From an uncultured bacterium (lineage in GTDB: Bacteria; Hydrothermota; UBA3072), in assembly GCA_964525555.1 (NCBI GenBank), contig CAZGHN010000007.1, positions 63,851-127,850 on the forward strand: a DNA stretch of 64,000 nt, read 5' to 3'. Position numbers and translations under genes: made by a program. Shown here one piece after another: positions 30,270 through 40,842 of the stretch (position 1 is the stretch's first letter; each line of letters opens with the position of its first letter). The notes under the pieces were generated by a model, which was not told the origin of the DNA, did not search any database, and saw only the letters and a program-made list of their open reading frames with translations.

Positions 30270-30844
30270 TTCCTTTTTCCCTTTTTATAATGCCCTTCCT
30301 TAATATTCTGTAAAACCGCTCTATATTCCGGACCGTCAGGTCCTTTTATTCTTTCCAAACGAAGAATTCTAAAGTTATTATTAAGTATTTCGATTAATTC
30401 ATGCTCCGGATACTCATATAAATGATATGGATTCCCTGTAGATTTACCACATTCATCAAGAACTGGACATGTCATTATTAATAAGCCGTCTGTTTTCAGG
30501 ACTCGCTTACTTTCTTTTATAAATTTTGCACCTGTATCTTTGGAAACATGCTCAAATCCCTCAAGACAAATCACAACATCGACCGAATCATCTTTTAAGG
30601 GAATAGACTGCATATCACCGACATAAAACTTTCTGTTTTTATTTTCGTAATACTTCTTAGCATAATCAATTGCCTCATTAGAAATATCGACACCAACTAC
30701 AGAAGCCGATTTATTCAGCAAACTTGTTCCCCATCCAACACCACAAGGAATATCTAAGACTTTTTTATCTCTGCAATAGTCACTGCAAAAATTATATCTT
30801 TCATATAATTTTCTCTTATATTTGCTTTTAATTAGCCCAAACAT
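30266..30844 (-). CDS. Class I SAM-dependent methyltransferase
   Basis: VLDIPCGVGWGT (motif I), DVVICLEGFEH, LKTDGLLIMT. Confidence 0.65.
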   Translation of the reverse strand: MFGLIKSKYKRKLYERYNFCSDYCRDKKVLDIPCGVGWGTSLLNKSASVVGVDISNEAIDYAKKYYENKNRKFYVGDMQSIPLKDDSVDVVICLEGFEHVSKDTGAKFIKESKRVLKTDGLLIMTCPVLDECGKSTGNPYHLYEYPEHELIEILNNNFRILRLERIKGPDGPEYRAVLQNIKEGHYKKGKRK

Positions 30845-30890
30845 TCTGTCTTGAAATCCAGGATCTTCGGGGTGAGCTCTTTCCGCTATA

Positions 30891-31883
30891 TTAACACTCC
30901 TTATGTTTATAACTATTTTCTATCTTTTTTAACTTCCTCAATATTCCAATATCTTCAATTTTCTTGTATTCAAAACTATCCAATTCCTTAAAGATAGCAT
31001 AAAATCTTTTATCCCATGTATTCCTTTCTAGAGCTGCACAATAACCATTTTCTGCAATCTCTTTTCTCTGCTTCTCATTTTCTAAATAGTACTTTATCTT
31101 ATTTACAAGATCTTCCTTATCTTCATAGCAAACGATTTCCTTTCCTATAGTAAAATAGTCTTCTAATCCATTAACATAATCCGTCAATAAAAAACCCCCA
31201 CACATAGGAACTTCGAATATTCGCCCTTTTATTTGCTTTATTTTCGGATCCAATGAACTTGCACTAATATTAATATTAATCTTACTATTACTAAATACAG
31301 ATATAACTTTCTCAAAAGGCACATAAACGCCCCAGCCTCTACCGAAGATGTCTATAGGAATATTGTTTTCACGTAAATATTCTAAAATCCTTTCCCTGGG
31401 ACCATATTTTTGTCCTACAAAGGAGACATCATATTTCTCACCTGCAGGAACCGGATGATAATATTTGGGATTCGATGCCCACTGAGATTTTATTACATTT
31501 AGATTATTTTCTTTGTACTTTACAAATGCTTCTTTACTCGTAGTAATCGAACAAAATAGATGTCTTGCTAAAAATTTTGAATAGTTGTCAAAACGCCAGT
31601 GGTCGTCAGAAAACCATCCTACCACCTTATTTCCTTCTTGATTTAATCTTTTCAATGTCTTTAGAGAAATTTCGTCCCTATAAGTAATGTGGAAAATGTA
31701 ATCCGGTCTTTCAGATCTTGCTAATTTTAGTATTTCCCTGTTCATTTTTTTCTTTCCTATAAGTTTCACCTTTTCTAAATAGTTATATCTAAGTACACTA
31801 TATCCGATATCTTTCAAAGGTTCGAAAAAGTTAATATCACAATTATAATTAACTGTACCAACCGTTAATAACAAAATTTTCAT
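30891..31883 (-). CDS. CgeB-like glycosyltransferase (Glyco_trans_1_2-type C-terminus)
   Basis: FVGQKYGPRERILEYL...FEVPMCGGFLLTDY...YCAALERNTWDKRF. Confidence 0.45.
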   Translation of the reverse strand: MKILLLTVGTVNYNCDINFFEPLKDIGYSVLRYNYLEKVKLIGKKKMNREILKLARSERPDYIFHITYRDEISLKTLKRLNQEGNKVVGWFSDDHWRFDNYSKFLARHLFCSITTSKEAFVKYKENNLNVIKSQWASNPKYYHPVPAGEKYDVSFVGQKYGPRERILEYLRENNIPIDIFGRGWGVYVPFEKVISVFSNSKININISASSLDPKIKQIKGRIFEVPMCGGFLLTDYVNGLEDYFTIGKEIVCYEDKEDLVNKIKYYLENEKQRKEIAENGYCAALERNTWDKRFYAIFKELDSFEYKKIEDIGILRKLKKIENSYKHKEC

Positions 31884-31886
31884 AAT

Positions 31887-32618
31887 TTATCTGATTTTTC
31901 TCTTAATGCTTTTCAAAATTCCCAGCGCTTTTCCCTTTATTATCTTAAAAAGAGATTTTTTCTTATAAACGTCGGCTTTTTTTTCATAAATCACCTTGAA
32001 ATAATCTCTATAATAAGCAACATCTTCATTAGATACTAATTCATCTAAATCATTAACAATTCTATAATTAATTTTGGCTTCCCATTCATACCCTATCATA
32101 AACAAATCTACGAAGTCTTTTATAAGTGTTATTTTTTTATTTTTAATACCGTATTTAAACATCAGGTAAAAAACATCCTGAATACGAGAGAATTCAACTT
32201 TTGTCTTATCTAATAAAAGTAATTCCCCTTTTTTAAAATTTATTAGCCATTTGTGTTCATAGAAATTAAACAAGTAATCATAAAACAATCTTGGAACTTC
32301 AATGTATCCTCTTTCAGCAACTCTCTCTATTTCTTTAATAAAATTAGCAAATTCATAGACCGGCACATGCTCTAGAACCTGAGAACATATAACATAATCA
32401 AATTCCTTATCCTCGAAAGGGAATTTCAGACCATCATAGTAATATATAGGTTTGTCGTATTCTATTTTCGGCTGATTTCCTCTTTGTCTCAAAGCCTCCT
32501 TATCTTCGAATTTTTTATCTAATAAGACATCCGAACGCCGGAAAGGGGAAGAACCCGGACCAATTTCAAGCACTTTGTCTGACTCTTTAATCTTTTTTAT
32601 CCTTTCAGGGAAAAACAA
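31887..32618 (-). CDS. Class I SAM-dependent methyltransferase
   Basis: VLEIGPGSSP; DYVICSQVLEHV. Confidence 0.6.
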   Translation of the reverse strand: MFFPERIKKIKESDKVLEIGPGSSPFRRSDVLLDKKFEDKEALRQRGNQPKIEYDKPIYYYDGLKFPFEDKEFDYVICSQVLEHVPVYEFANFIKEIERVAERGYIEVPRLFYDYLFNFYEHKWLINFKKGELLLLDKTKVEFSRIQDVFYLMFKYGIKNKKITLIKDFVDLFMIGYEWEAKINYRIVNDLDELVSNEDVAYYRDYFKVIYEKKADVYKKKSLFKIIKGKALGILKSIKRKIR

Positions 32619-32634
32619 TTTACACTACCTCATT

Positions 32635-33498
32635 TCATTTAAACCTGTTCTTGGTTTTGTTCCAATTTCCAGATTTCTTTAGTATTTTTCTTAAAATAAA
32701 AGAAGAACATACTTTTCTAAGTAGACTTTTTCTCTTATAATAACCCTTTTCTTCTGTTGGAAAGGCGTAGTAATCTCCCTTAAATTTCTGTGAAGACGGA
32801 CGAGTGCAGCCATATGTTGGTTTTTTGGAAAGTATGTAAGCTCCGTCAAACCCGGTTATAAAGTAAGTTAGATGCTTCGTGGACGCTATAGATTCTAAAT
32901 TGACATCATAATCCCTGAATTTTTTAAAGTCTACGGATCTAACAAAGAAACAATTCGTATCTGTCATGGCAACCAAACGATAATTCTTTTTCTCAGCAAG
33001 CTTAATTAGCGAAAGAGCTGAACAACCAAAAAAATTCCCCTTCTCAGATACCAAATCCATATGAAAAGGGATAGTAGGATTAAATTCACAGGTGATTAAT
33101 CTGGGTTTCAATTTCTTTAAACTTTCAAAAATGTAGTAATCATCACCATCTACATCTATGGACAAGAAATCTATATCTTCGGATATTCTTTCCTGTTTTA
33201 GAATATTCTCAAGAGTATTATGTTTCTGATAACTTACAAATGCTTTTATGCAATGGCAATTATATTTTTTAACATTTTTGACTAAAGATAAGTATTTACT
33301 CTCATCTGCTTCAATTAGAATACTCTTCCACCCGTTGGTCCAGAGATTTGCAGTATTGGAATTATAGAAACCATCCCAGGCTCCCACTTCAATACATGCT
33401 CTGGAGGAAGGATCTAAGATCTCAAATATCTTTTCAATTATCCCATCTTCGCCAAACTGCGAATAAACATTGTAAGCATAATCAGAAAGTTTTTTCAT
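32635..33498 (-). CDS. FkbM-family methyltransferase
   Basis: CIEVGAWDGFYNSNT; IDFLSIDVDGDDYYIFESL resembles the FkbM (Methyltransf_21) core. Confidence 0.5.
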   Translation of the reverse strand: MKKLSDYAYNVYSQFGEDGIIEKIFEILDPSSRACIEVGAWDGFYNSNTANLWTNGWKSILIEADESKYLSLVKNVKKYNCHCIKAFVSYQKHNTLENILKQERISEDIDFLSIDVDGDDYYIFESLKKLKPRLITCEFNPTIPFHMDLVSEKGNFFGCSALSLIKLAEKKNYRLVAMTDTNCFFVRSVDFKKFRDYDVNLESIASTKHLTYFITGFDGAYILSKKPTYGCTRPSSQKFKGDYYAFPTEEKGYYKRKSLLRKVCSSFILRKILKKSGNWNKTKNRFK

Positions 33499-33526
33499 AG
33501 AGATTACCTAATTTATTTTAGCATAT

Positions 33527-34291
33527 TTAGCTAAAAGGATTTTTTGTTAATATTAAAACATCAGCGTTCGTGAATTCTTGCGGGTCATAAGAGGGAAGTT
33601 TTTCTATTCTAAATTTATAATCTGCAAAATTCTCCTTAACATACTTTATCAAATTTGCTTTGGAATATTGATTGAAGTAATAAATATAATTGCCATCCTT
33701 ATCTTTTTTGTAAGAATCAATAATGTATTTCAAGTTTTCCGGATATTCTACCTTATATTGTTTAATATTATCTTCATTTTTTAATTCTCGACACAGCGCC
33801 ATAATTACCACTTTTTTGGTTACACGAACCATTTCATCCAGCAATTTTTTGTAATCTCTTAAATGGTCTGCCACCGAAAGCGCAAAAGATATATCAAACT
33901 CATTATTTGAGAAAGGCGTTTTTTGTCCATCACACCTTACAAAATGCTCACCGTATAGCTCTTTTGCATAGTTTACGGCATTTAAACTTGTATCAATTCC
34001 TATATATCGTGTTATTTCCGGATAATATCGTAGTCTATCGCAATTCAATCCTATCCCACAAGCAATTTCTAAAACAGTTCCTCCTTGTTTAATTACCTTG
34101 GGAATCACGAAATTATGAATTTCTAATCTAATACCATATATTTTCCTATAGAACAAACACATATCCTTTTCGTTCAATATTTTACCATCACTAAAATAAT
34201 CTCTTTTAAGATTTTTAATGTTTCCTTTTCCACTAAATTTATTTAATACATAAAATATAGCTTTTCTGGGAGTTAATATGTACTTTTTCAT
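33527..34291 (-). CDS. Class I SAM-dependent methyltransferase
   Basis: VLEIACGIGLNC (motif I); 254 aa. Confidence 0.6.
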   Translation of the reverse strand: MKKYILTPRKAIFYVLNKFSGKGNIKNLKRDYFSDGKILNEKDMCLFYRKIYGIRLEIHNFVIPKVIKQGGTVLEIACGIGLNCDRLRYYPEITRYIGIDTSLNAVNYAKELYGEHFVRCDGQKTPFSNNEFDISFALSVADHLRDYKKLLDEMVRVTKKVVIMALCRELKNEDNIKQYKVEYPENLKYIIDSYKKDKDGNYIYYFNQYSKANLIKYVKENFADYKFRIEKLPSYDPQEFTNADVLILTKNPFS

Positions 34292-35553
34292 TTCACTTTC
34301 TTATTTTTACTTAGTTCCGATTTTTTATACTTTAAAGACCACTTTGGAAAGGGATTAATTAAACCATGTCCCATCAATCTTCCGGAAACCGAAAAAGAAT
34401 AAGATTTTTCGTGCCAGTCCAGAATATTTGCAACTTTTTTTTCCGAAAAAGTGATAGTACATACATACCTACTTGGTTTAAACTCTAATTTATTTATACA
34501 AAAATCAGTATATCCAGTACCAGAAATTTGTGCAATTTTATAACCATCGACATTTGAAAAATTCGAACTCACTAATAAACCTTCTGCATTAAACATAGAT
34601 ACAGTAAATATTGGATTTCTAACAGTCCTTCTGCAAGCGAAATGAATTCGCAATTTAAAATAATCCCCAACCTTAAAATTAGTACATATTCTGTTGCTCT
34701 CATTTAAAAACTCTACTTTTGAGATTTTGACCCTGGGGTCATAAGAGAGCTGTCTTCCCATTGTTTCATAACCACTTTCTTGACTCATTATGATATTTTC
34801 TTCATATGAATCACAAATGTGATGAACCTCACCAATTTCTTTTATTTTTGAATTAGCAAGCCAAAGAGCCTTTTTACAAATATTTCTGACTGCCTGCAAG
34901 TTATGACTAACCATTACGACAGTCCCCCCATTCAATCTAAACTCACTCATTTTCTTATGACATTTCAAGGCGAAGGCTAAATCTCCCACTGCAAGTACTT
35001 CATCAACCAACAAAATTTCAGGTTCGCAGTGTACTGCAACAGAAAAACCAAGTCGGACAAACATACCGCTTGAATAGAATTTAACTGGCGTATCTAAGAA
35101 ATCTCCAATGTCTGCAAACTCAACAATCGCATCAAACTTTCTGTCAACTTCCTTTCTGCTCATACCCAGAATTGCAGCATTAATATAAATATTCTCTCTT
35201 CCACTCAACATTGGGTGAAATCCCGCACCAACCGCAATCAAAGCACCTACCCTTCCCTTGATTGTTATCTTTCCCTTATCGGGCCAAAATATACCGTTTA
35301 ACATTTTCAGAATTGTAGTCTTACCTGCTCCATTTGGACCTATGATACCAAGTGTTTCTCCCCTTTCAACCTCGAAAGAAATATTGTCCACCGCCCAGAA
35401 CTCTCCTTTTCTAAGCAAATAAGAATTAGAACTTAAGCCTAAAGAATTTCTTACAATGTCTTTAACTCCATAAAGCATAGCTCTCTTTAATGACTTACAG
35501 TATTTCTTGGAAACATTTTCAACTTTGATGGCGATTTCGTTACTCACAATCAA
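34288..35553 (-). CDS. wzt: ABC transporter ATP-binding protein Wzt-type with C-terminal ~170-aa extension
   Basis: Walker A GPNGAGKTT, signature YSSGMFVRLGF, Walker B LLVDEVLAVGD; a C-terminal domain beyond the NBD as in chain-terminus-binding Wzt proteins. Confidence 0.8.
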   Translation of the reverse strand: MIVSNEIAIKVENVSKKYCKSLKRAMLYGVKDIVRNSLGLSSNSYLLRKGEFWAVDNISFEVERGETLGIIGPNGAGKTTILKMLNGIFWPDKGKITIKGRVGALIAVGAGFHPMLSGRENIYINAAILGMSRKEVDRKFDAIVEFADIGDFLDTPVKFYSSGMFVRLGFSVAVHCEPEILLVDEVLAVGDLAFALKCHKKMSEFRLNGGTVVMVSHNLQAVRNICKKALWLANSKIKEIGEVHHICDSYEENIIMSQESGYETMGRQLSYDPRVKISKVEFLNESNRICTNFKVGDYFKLRIHFACRRTVRNPIFTVSMFNAEGLLVSSNFSNVDGYKIAQISGTGYTDFCINKLEFKPSRYVCTITFSEKKVANILDWHEKSYSFSVSGRLMGHGLINPFPKWSLKYKKSELSKNKKVK

Positions 35554-36392
35554 ATTCTCTCAGTTATTCTTGTCTCTGTAATATGGAAAACGAGAAGTCC
35601 AATAACAAAAACAAGAAAAGAAATACCAACCGACAACAAAAATCCCTTCCATTCAGTCATTGTACCCATCAAGATAAATTCTCTTGGCATTGAAATCAAA
35701 TAATACAAAGGATTAAATTTCGTAATAGGCATCAACATGCCTATTTTAGGTTTAGCATATAATACAGGCGTTAAGAACATCAAGAAAGTCATGAAAACTG
35801 ATAAAGCGTTACTGATATCTCTTACAATACTGTTGAAAAGAGAGAATATAAAACCTAACCCAAGCGTTAACATCAATATAGGTATCATAAAAAGCGGGAA
35901 AAACAAAATTTTTACACTGGGGAGAATACCATAAACAAAAAATAACACACCAACTAAAATAAATTGAACCGCAAAAGGTAAAAGAGATTGGGCTACGGAA
36001 GCGATTACAAGTGATTTTTTAGAAAAATTTATTTTTACAAGCATCGTACCTGCTTTCACTAAAGAATTAGAAGTGGTAATCAAACCCGTAGAAAACAACT
36101 GCCAAAAGGCAATTCCCAATATAGCAAAAACCGGATAAGGAACTTCTATATCACCAAAACTAAATATACCTGAACGGTTAAGGATTATAAATGTTCCTAC
36201 ACTAATAATGGGAACAATAAATGCCCAAAAAATTCCTATTAGCGATTGCTTATATATTGCGAAGAGATCCCTTTTAAATAATTGATAAATCAGCCATTTG
36301 CTTTGCCTTAATTCTCGATAAATTTCTTTCCATAAAGAAATATATCCCTTTCTTATGGAATTATCGGGTTCATAGGTTATTACTTCATTCAT
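35550..36392 (-). CDS. wzm: ABC-2 type polysaccharide export permease
   Basis: 6-TM ABC-2 permease; translationally coupled to wzt (4-bp overlap). Confidence 0.75.
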   Translation of the reverse strand: MNEVITYEPDNSIRKGYISLWKEIYRELRQSKWLIYQLFKRDLFAIYKQSLIGIFWAFIVPIISVGTFIILNRSGIFSFGDIEVPYPVFAILGIAFWQLFSTGLITTSNSLVKAGTMLVKINFSKKSLVIASVAQSLLPFAVQFILVGVLFFVYGILPSVKILFFPLFMIPILMLTLGLGFIFSLFNSIVRDISNALSVFMTFLMFLTPVLYAKPKIGMLMPITKFNPLYYLISMPREFILMGTMTEWKGFLLSVGISFLVFVIGLLVFHITETRITERI

Positions 36393-36486
36393 TTCTCAAT
36401 CTAATATAAAAATAGAAGTTTCAACTGTCAAGTGTGATTGAATTTATGATTATATTGTTTATCTAAACAAAAAGAGCCAAAATAAA

Positions 36487-37665
36487 TTAATGTTCTGTTA
36501 AATTCAAGATTTTTTTTGTTATATATTCCCAGGATAGTTTTTCTTCGGCCAATTTTCTACCTTTATGTCCCATATTTTTTCTAAGATCTGTATCTTTTAT
36601 AAGTTTCTTGATAGATTCACTTAGAGCCTCGACATCTCCCACCGGAAACAAAATACCTATACCTGTATCTTCAACAAACTGCGCCCCTTTAATTTTTGAA
36701 GAAATAATAGGAACACCACAAGCTGCATAATCTCTGATTTTTAAAGGAGAAAAACCTATATCTTTAATATAAGGAGCAAGACCAATGTCAAAAGAGTTTA
36801 TATATAAATTAGCCTCTTTGTAAGGAACGAAACCAGTTACTTTTACATTGTCACCCTTAAATTCGCGAACTTTTCTTTTAACCTCCCCCATTTCAAAACC
36901 ATCACCGACAAGTAAAAATCTGACATTAGAAAATTCTTTTAAAACTCCGGGAATAATTTTAAGTATAAAAGTAACGCCCTGCCATACGGCAAAATTACCT
37001 ATAAATCCAATATATAAACAATCAGGATCAAGACCAACTCTTTTTTTTGCTTCTTCTTTGTTTATGGGTCTAAAGTGATTCACATCAGTTCCGTTTTCAA
37101 TCACAAAAACCTTTTTGTTATCTATACCTCTAATAACTAGATTTTCTTTTATACCAGGAGCAACTACTCTTGCGTAATCCGCAAAAAAAGCACTCCTGAC
37201 CTGTAAAAAGTCCATCAACTTGACCTTAATTTTACTTTCTCCCTGTATCGCTCTTTCTTCAGATATCCAATCGTTAAATTCGACCATAATTTTATAATTA
37301 TTACAAAAGAATCTTACCATTCTCAATACAAACAAATATAAAAAAGCTGGTGGAGAAAAGCGAAAATATATAATTTCAGGTTTAAAAGAAAAGACTTCCA
37401 CACTCATTAAAGGGATTATCATTATATATTTTAAAAGTCTCTTAATTTTATTTCCTAAAAGAGGATTTGGAACAAACCGTATATCTAAACCACTACCTTC
37501 TTTATCCTTTAAAGGCTTTGCAGGCAAATACATTATACTTCTGGTTTTTAAACCGAGTTTTTCAAAATTCTTTACAAGATTAGAAAAATGAACTTTAGAG
37601 CCAAACTCTCCAGAAATGTCAACTGGACCTATCATTAAAATACGATTCTTTAACATCCTAGCCAC
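36487..37665 (-). CDS. Glycosyltransferase family 1 (GT4-type)
   Basis: GT-B C-terminal domain; 392 aa. Confidence 0.6.
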   Translation of the reverse strand: MARMLKNRILMIGPVDISGEFGSKVHFSNLVKNFEKLGLKTRSIMYLPAKPLKDKEGSGLDIRFVPNPLLGNKIKRLLKYIMIIPLMSVEVFSFKPEIIYFRFSPPAFLYLFVLRMVRFFCNNYKIMVEFNDWISEERAIQGESKIKVKLMDFLQVRSAFFADYARVVAPGIKENLVIRGIDNKKVFVIENGTDVNHFRPINKEEAKKRVGLDPDCLYIGFIGNFAVWQGVTFILKIIPGVLKEFSNVRFLLVGDGFEMGEVKRKVREFKGDNVKVTGFVPYKEANLYINSFDIGLAPYIKDIGFSPLKIRDYAACGVPIISSKIKGAQFVEDTGIGILFPVGDVEALSESIKKLIKDTDLRKNMGHKGRKLAEEKLSWEYITKKILNLTEH

Positions 37666-37745
37666 TTAATATAAAACAAATATTTTCCACTCTTTAACCA
37701 GATTTAGACCTCTTCCTATTTCAAGAAGAGATTGTTTATTAATCA

Positions 37746-38690
37746 CTATACGATATTGTAAAAGCTTTTAAACCATTCAACTGTCTTCTTTAATCCCTCT
37801 TCAAATTTATATTTAGGTTCATAACCGATTTTTTCCCTTGCTTTACTAATATCAGCTAAGGAATGCTTTACATCTCCAATTCTGCCATCTTTAAAAACAG
37901 GTTTTATATTTTTATCTAAAATCTTATTTAACATTCGGACTACCTCGTTAATAGATATTCTTTCTCCACAAGCAATATTAATAATCTCATCCGTAACATT
38001 AGATTCAGCTGCAAGCATATTAGCTTCAACCACATTTTCTATATAAGTAAAATCTCTGGATTGTTCTCCATCTCCAAAAATTACAGGCTGTTGATCCTTT
38101 AACATTAAATTTATAAACTTAGGAATCGCTGCCGAATACTCAGAATTCGGGTCTTGATAAGGTCCAAAAACGTTAAAATATCTTAAACAAACTGTAGGCA
38201 AATTATAGATTTTAGAAAAAATTTGACAATATCTTTCACCAGTGTATTTTGAGAGAGCATAAGGAGAAAGAGGGTCTATCGACATATCTTCTTTTTTTGG
38301 TAATTTTTCATCAAATCCATAAATAGATGAAGAACTTGCATATATTACCTTTTTCACCCCTCTATCTCTTGCAGCTATCAGAAGATTTAAAGTACCGTTG
38401 ATATTTGAATCGTTGACAAATATCGGATTCTCAACTGAGCGTTGCACTGAAGGAACAGCAGCCTCATGCATTACAACAATCACATCTCTAAGTGCCTTTT
38501 GTATATCATCCGGGTTTGTTAAATCTCCCTCTACCAATTCAAAATTGCTTTTTGTTTCGAAGTCTTTCAAGTTTTCTCGTTTCCCGGTCGAGAAATTATC
38601 AAAACCAACAACCTTACAGTTTTTCTTCAATAATTCCCGGGTTATATTAGAACCAATAAAACCTGCCGCACCTGTAACAAGATATATCAT
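37746..38690 (-). CDS. NAD-dependent epimerase/dehydratase (UDP-GlcNAc/Glc 4-epimerase-like)
   Basis: GAAGFIGSN Rossmann motif; YASSSSIYG; YxxxK (YALSK). Confidence 0.75.
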   Translation of the reverse strand: MIYLVTGAAGFIGSNITRELLKKNCKVVGFDNFSTGKRENLKDFETKSNFELVEGDLTNPDDIQKALRDVIVVMHEAAVPSVQRSVENPIFVNDSNINGTLNLLIAARDRGVKKVIYASSSSIYGFDEKLPKKEDMSIDPLSPYALSKYTGERYCQIFSKIYNLPTVCLRYFNVFGPYQDPNSEYSAAIPKFINLMLKDQQPVIFGDGEQSRDFTYIENVVEANMLAAESNVTDEIINIACGERISINEVVRMLNKILDKNIKPVFKDGRIGDVKHSLADISKAREKIGYEPKYKFEEGLKKTVEWFKSFYNIV

Positions 38691-38745
38691 ATCATTCCTC
38701 AGTTACAAAATTATAATGAACTAACAAAAAGACAAGTGTTTTTTA

Positions 38746-39972
38746 TTAGTAAATTTTGTAAAGGTTTCTTCCACGTTCAGAAGTCCCAATCTTTTCAAAC
38801 TTGCTAAAAGAAGAATTTTGAACTAGAAATTCTGCAAATTCATCATCATCAAAATTTCTGTAAGCCTTTTTCATTTGACCTTCTTCCGACCTATGAGGTT
38901 CAAAAAACATTTCCTTTCCTTTCAAATCTTGCAAGAAATCTATTAGTTTCTTGTAATCTCCTTCTTTTTTTATAAAATGATGAAATATAGATAAGGCAAG
39001 GATAACGTCAAACTCTTTGGGAATATATGAAGGCATTTCGAATACCGAATCTGGGACTATCTTAAATTTTCTGTTTCCAGCTTTCTTTAACTTTTCAAGG
39101 AAATACAAATTCAATCTACTATTTTCCACACAATAACACTCAAAACCCTCTTCTTCAAACTTATGACAAAAATAACCCCAATTACATCCAATATCCAGTA
39201 ATTTGCCCTTCTTAACGGTTAGATTCTTCTTTATAATATTATATCTTGCTCCACTATGCACGGAAGGAATATTGATAAGATCCGGATGTGTTAATTTCTC
39301 ATAAATTTTATTTTTATAATTCTGAGAATATTCAAGAATTTCTTTTTTAAAAGCCACCCATTTTTTATGTCGAACTGTCACCTTTACCGGAATCTTGCTT
39401 ATTCTCAGAAGTTTGGCAAAAGTTAGTCTGTGTCGTCCATTATTAAAAATTAATTCTCCATTTCTACCGATATTGACGGTTATCTCATCTTCATGCCATC
39501 CTTCCTTATAACCATCTTTTTTTATTTTTAAGTATAATTTATCCCATTCCCCACATCGCTTATCAAAATCCCCAACAGTTTTACATGACCATTTAAAAAT
39601 TCCTTTCTCTATCTGCTTAGCTACTCTTTTATAATATTCAGTCTCTTTCCAAGGTATACTTTTTTGAATCCTTTTTCTAAAAGACCGAAAAAAATCTAAA
39701 TCTTCGAATTTGATAACATCCTTATCCCAATCACCACCCAAAACCCTACCTTTAAAATTAAATACATTATATTCTTTCTTCATAGCAAAAACTACCTTCT
39801 CTGGATTAACATATATTACTTCCTGAACAGCATAAGGATCAACATAATATCTATCCGGTAGTATCCTGATCTTAATTCTCCAGTGGTATCTCCATATAGC
39901 ATAAATAATACGCTTTAACCACTTAGGAGTAAAATATACTATTCGGGATCTTGTATATTTAATTAGATTCAA
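38746..39972 (-). CDS. Two-domain protein: N-terminal unknown domain (contains GRHRL) + C-terminal class I SAM methyltransferase
   Basis: C-terminal LLDIGCNWGYFCHKF (motif I); N-terminal ~230 aa without recognisable family. Confidence 0.5.
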   Translation of the reverse strand: MNLIKYTRSRIVYFTPKWLKRIIYAIWRYHWRIKIRILPDRYYVDPYAVQEVIYVNPEKVVFAMKKEYNVFNFKGRVLGGDWDKDVIKFEDLDFFRSFRKRIQKSIPWKETEYYKRVAKQIEKGIFKWSCKTVGDFDKRCGEWDKLYLKIKKDGYKEGWHEDEITVNIGRNGELIFNNGRHRLTFAKLLRISKIPVKVTVRHKKWVAFKKEILEYSQNYKNKIYEKLTHPDLINIPSVHSGARYNIIKKNLTVKKGKLLDIGCNWGYFCHKFEEEGFECYCVENSRLNLYFLEKLKKAGNRKFKIVPDSVFEMPSYIPKEFDVILALSIFHHFIKKEGDYKKLIDFLQDLKGKEMFFEPHRSEEGQMKKAYRNFDDDEFAEFLVQNSSFSKFEKIGTSERGRNLYKIY

Positions 39973-39992
39973 TTAATATACCTCGTTAAATT

Positions 39993-40814
39993 TCATCTTT
40001 TTGCGGTAAAATTATAATGAACAAACAAAAAAACAAGCGGAAGATGTCTCAAAAGATTCTCAAATTTTAAAGCCAGCCTAACGCCAAACAATCTGGAGAT
40101 GTTAATAGGAAGAACTCTAAAATATCTGTAGTTAATACTGGTAAAACCAACTTTTTTTATCAATTGCCTAAGTTTTCTCGGAGAGAGTATCCTCTCGTTA
40201 CCGTAAAAAACTTTCTTTATTTGATTATCAGAATTAAACTCTTTAACTGTAACAGTTTTCAGTCCCCTCTTAACAAATAATCTCATCTGAGTTAAAGGAT
40301 TGTAGCCGTTAGCCTCAGTCATTATAATACAACCATCTTCTTTCAATAATTCATAAAGTTTAGACAAAACTTTCTCACGGGGTTCAAGGTGATGAAAAGT
40401 TTCTTCCATCCATATCAGATCGTATGATTCTGCCGGGACATGATCCAATATATTTTCTTCTCTGAATTCACAAGAAAGCTTTCTGTTCCAGTATTCTTCT
40501 GAAATTTTTTTTCTCTCTTTTGCCACTTTAAGTCTTTTACTATTGATATCTATTCCTAAAACATTATGACCATGCAGAGCCATAAAAATAGATTCAGTAC
40601 CTGTACCCGCACCCACATCGAGAATATTCAATATCCTGTTATCCTCCAATTTATCATGTAATTCTAATAATCTTTGAGTAACGATATAGGAAATATACTC
40701 ATTAAAAGAATCCACATAATTACGATAATACTCAGAAAACAACAATCTATTTTCATAATTAAGCATCTTATATAAACGATTCATCCACAATTCGTAATAT
40801 TTATCGACTTTCAA
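39993..40814 (-). CDS. Class I SAM-dependent methyltransferase
   Basis: ILDVGAGTGTESIFMA; DLIWMEETFHHL. Confidence 0.65.
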   Translation of the reverse strand: MKVDKYYELWMNRLYKMLNYENRLLFSEYYRNYVDSFNEYISYIVTQRLLELHDKLEDNRILNILDVGAGTGTESIFMALHGHNVLGIDINSKRLKVAKERKKISEEYWNRKLSCEFREENILDHVPAESYDLIWMEETFHHLEPREKVLSKLYELLKEDGCIIMTEANGYNPLTQMRLFVKRGLKTVTVKEFNSDNQIKKVFYGNERILSPRKLRQLIKKVGFTSINYRYFRVLPINISRLFGVRLALKFENLLRHLPLVFLFVHYNFTAKR

Positions 40815-40842
40815 TATCTACTCCCAAATAATTAAATAAATA

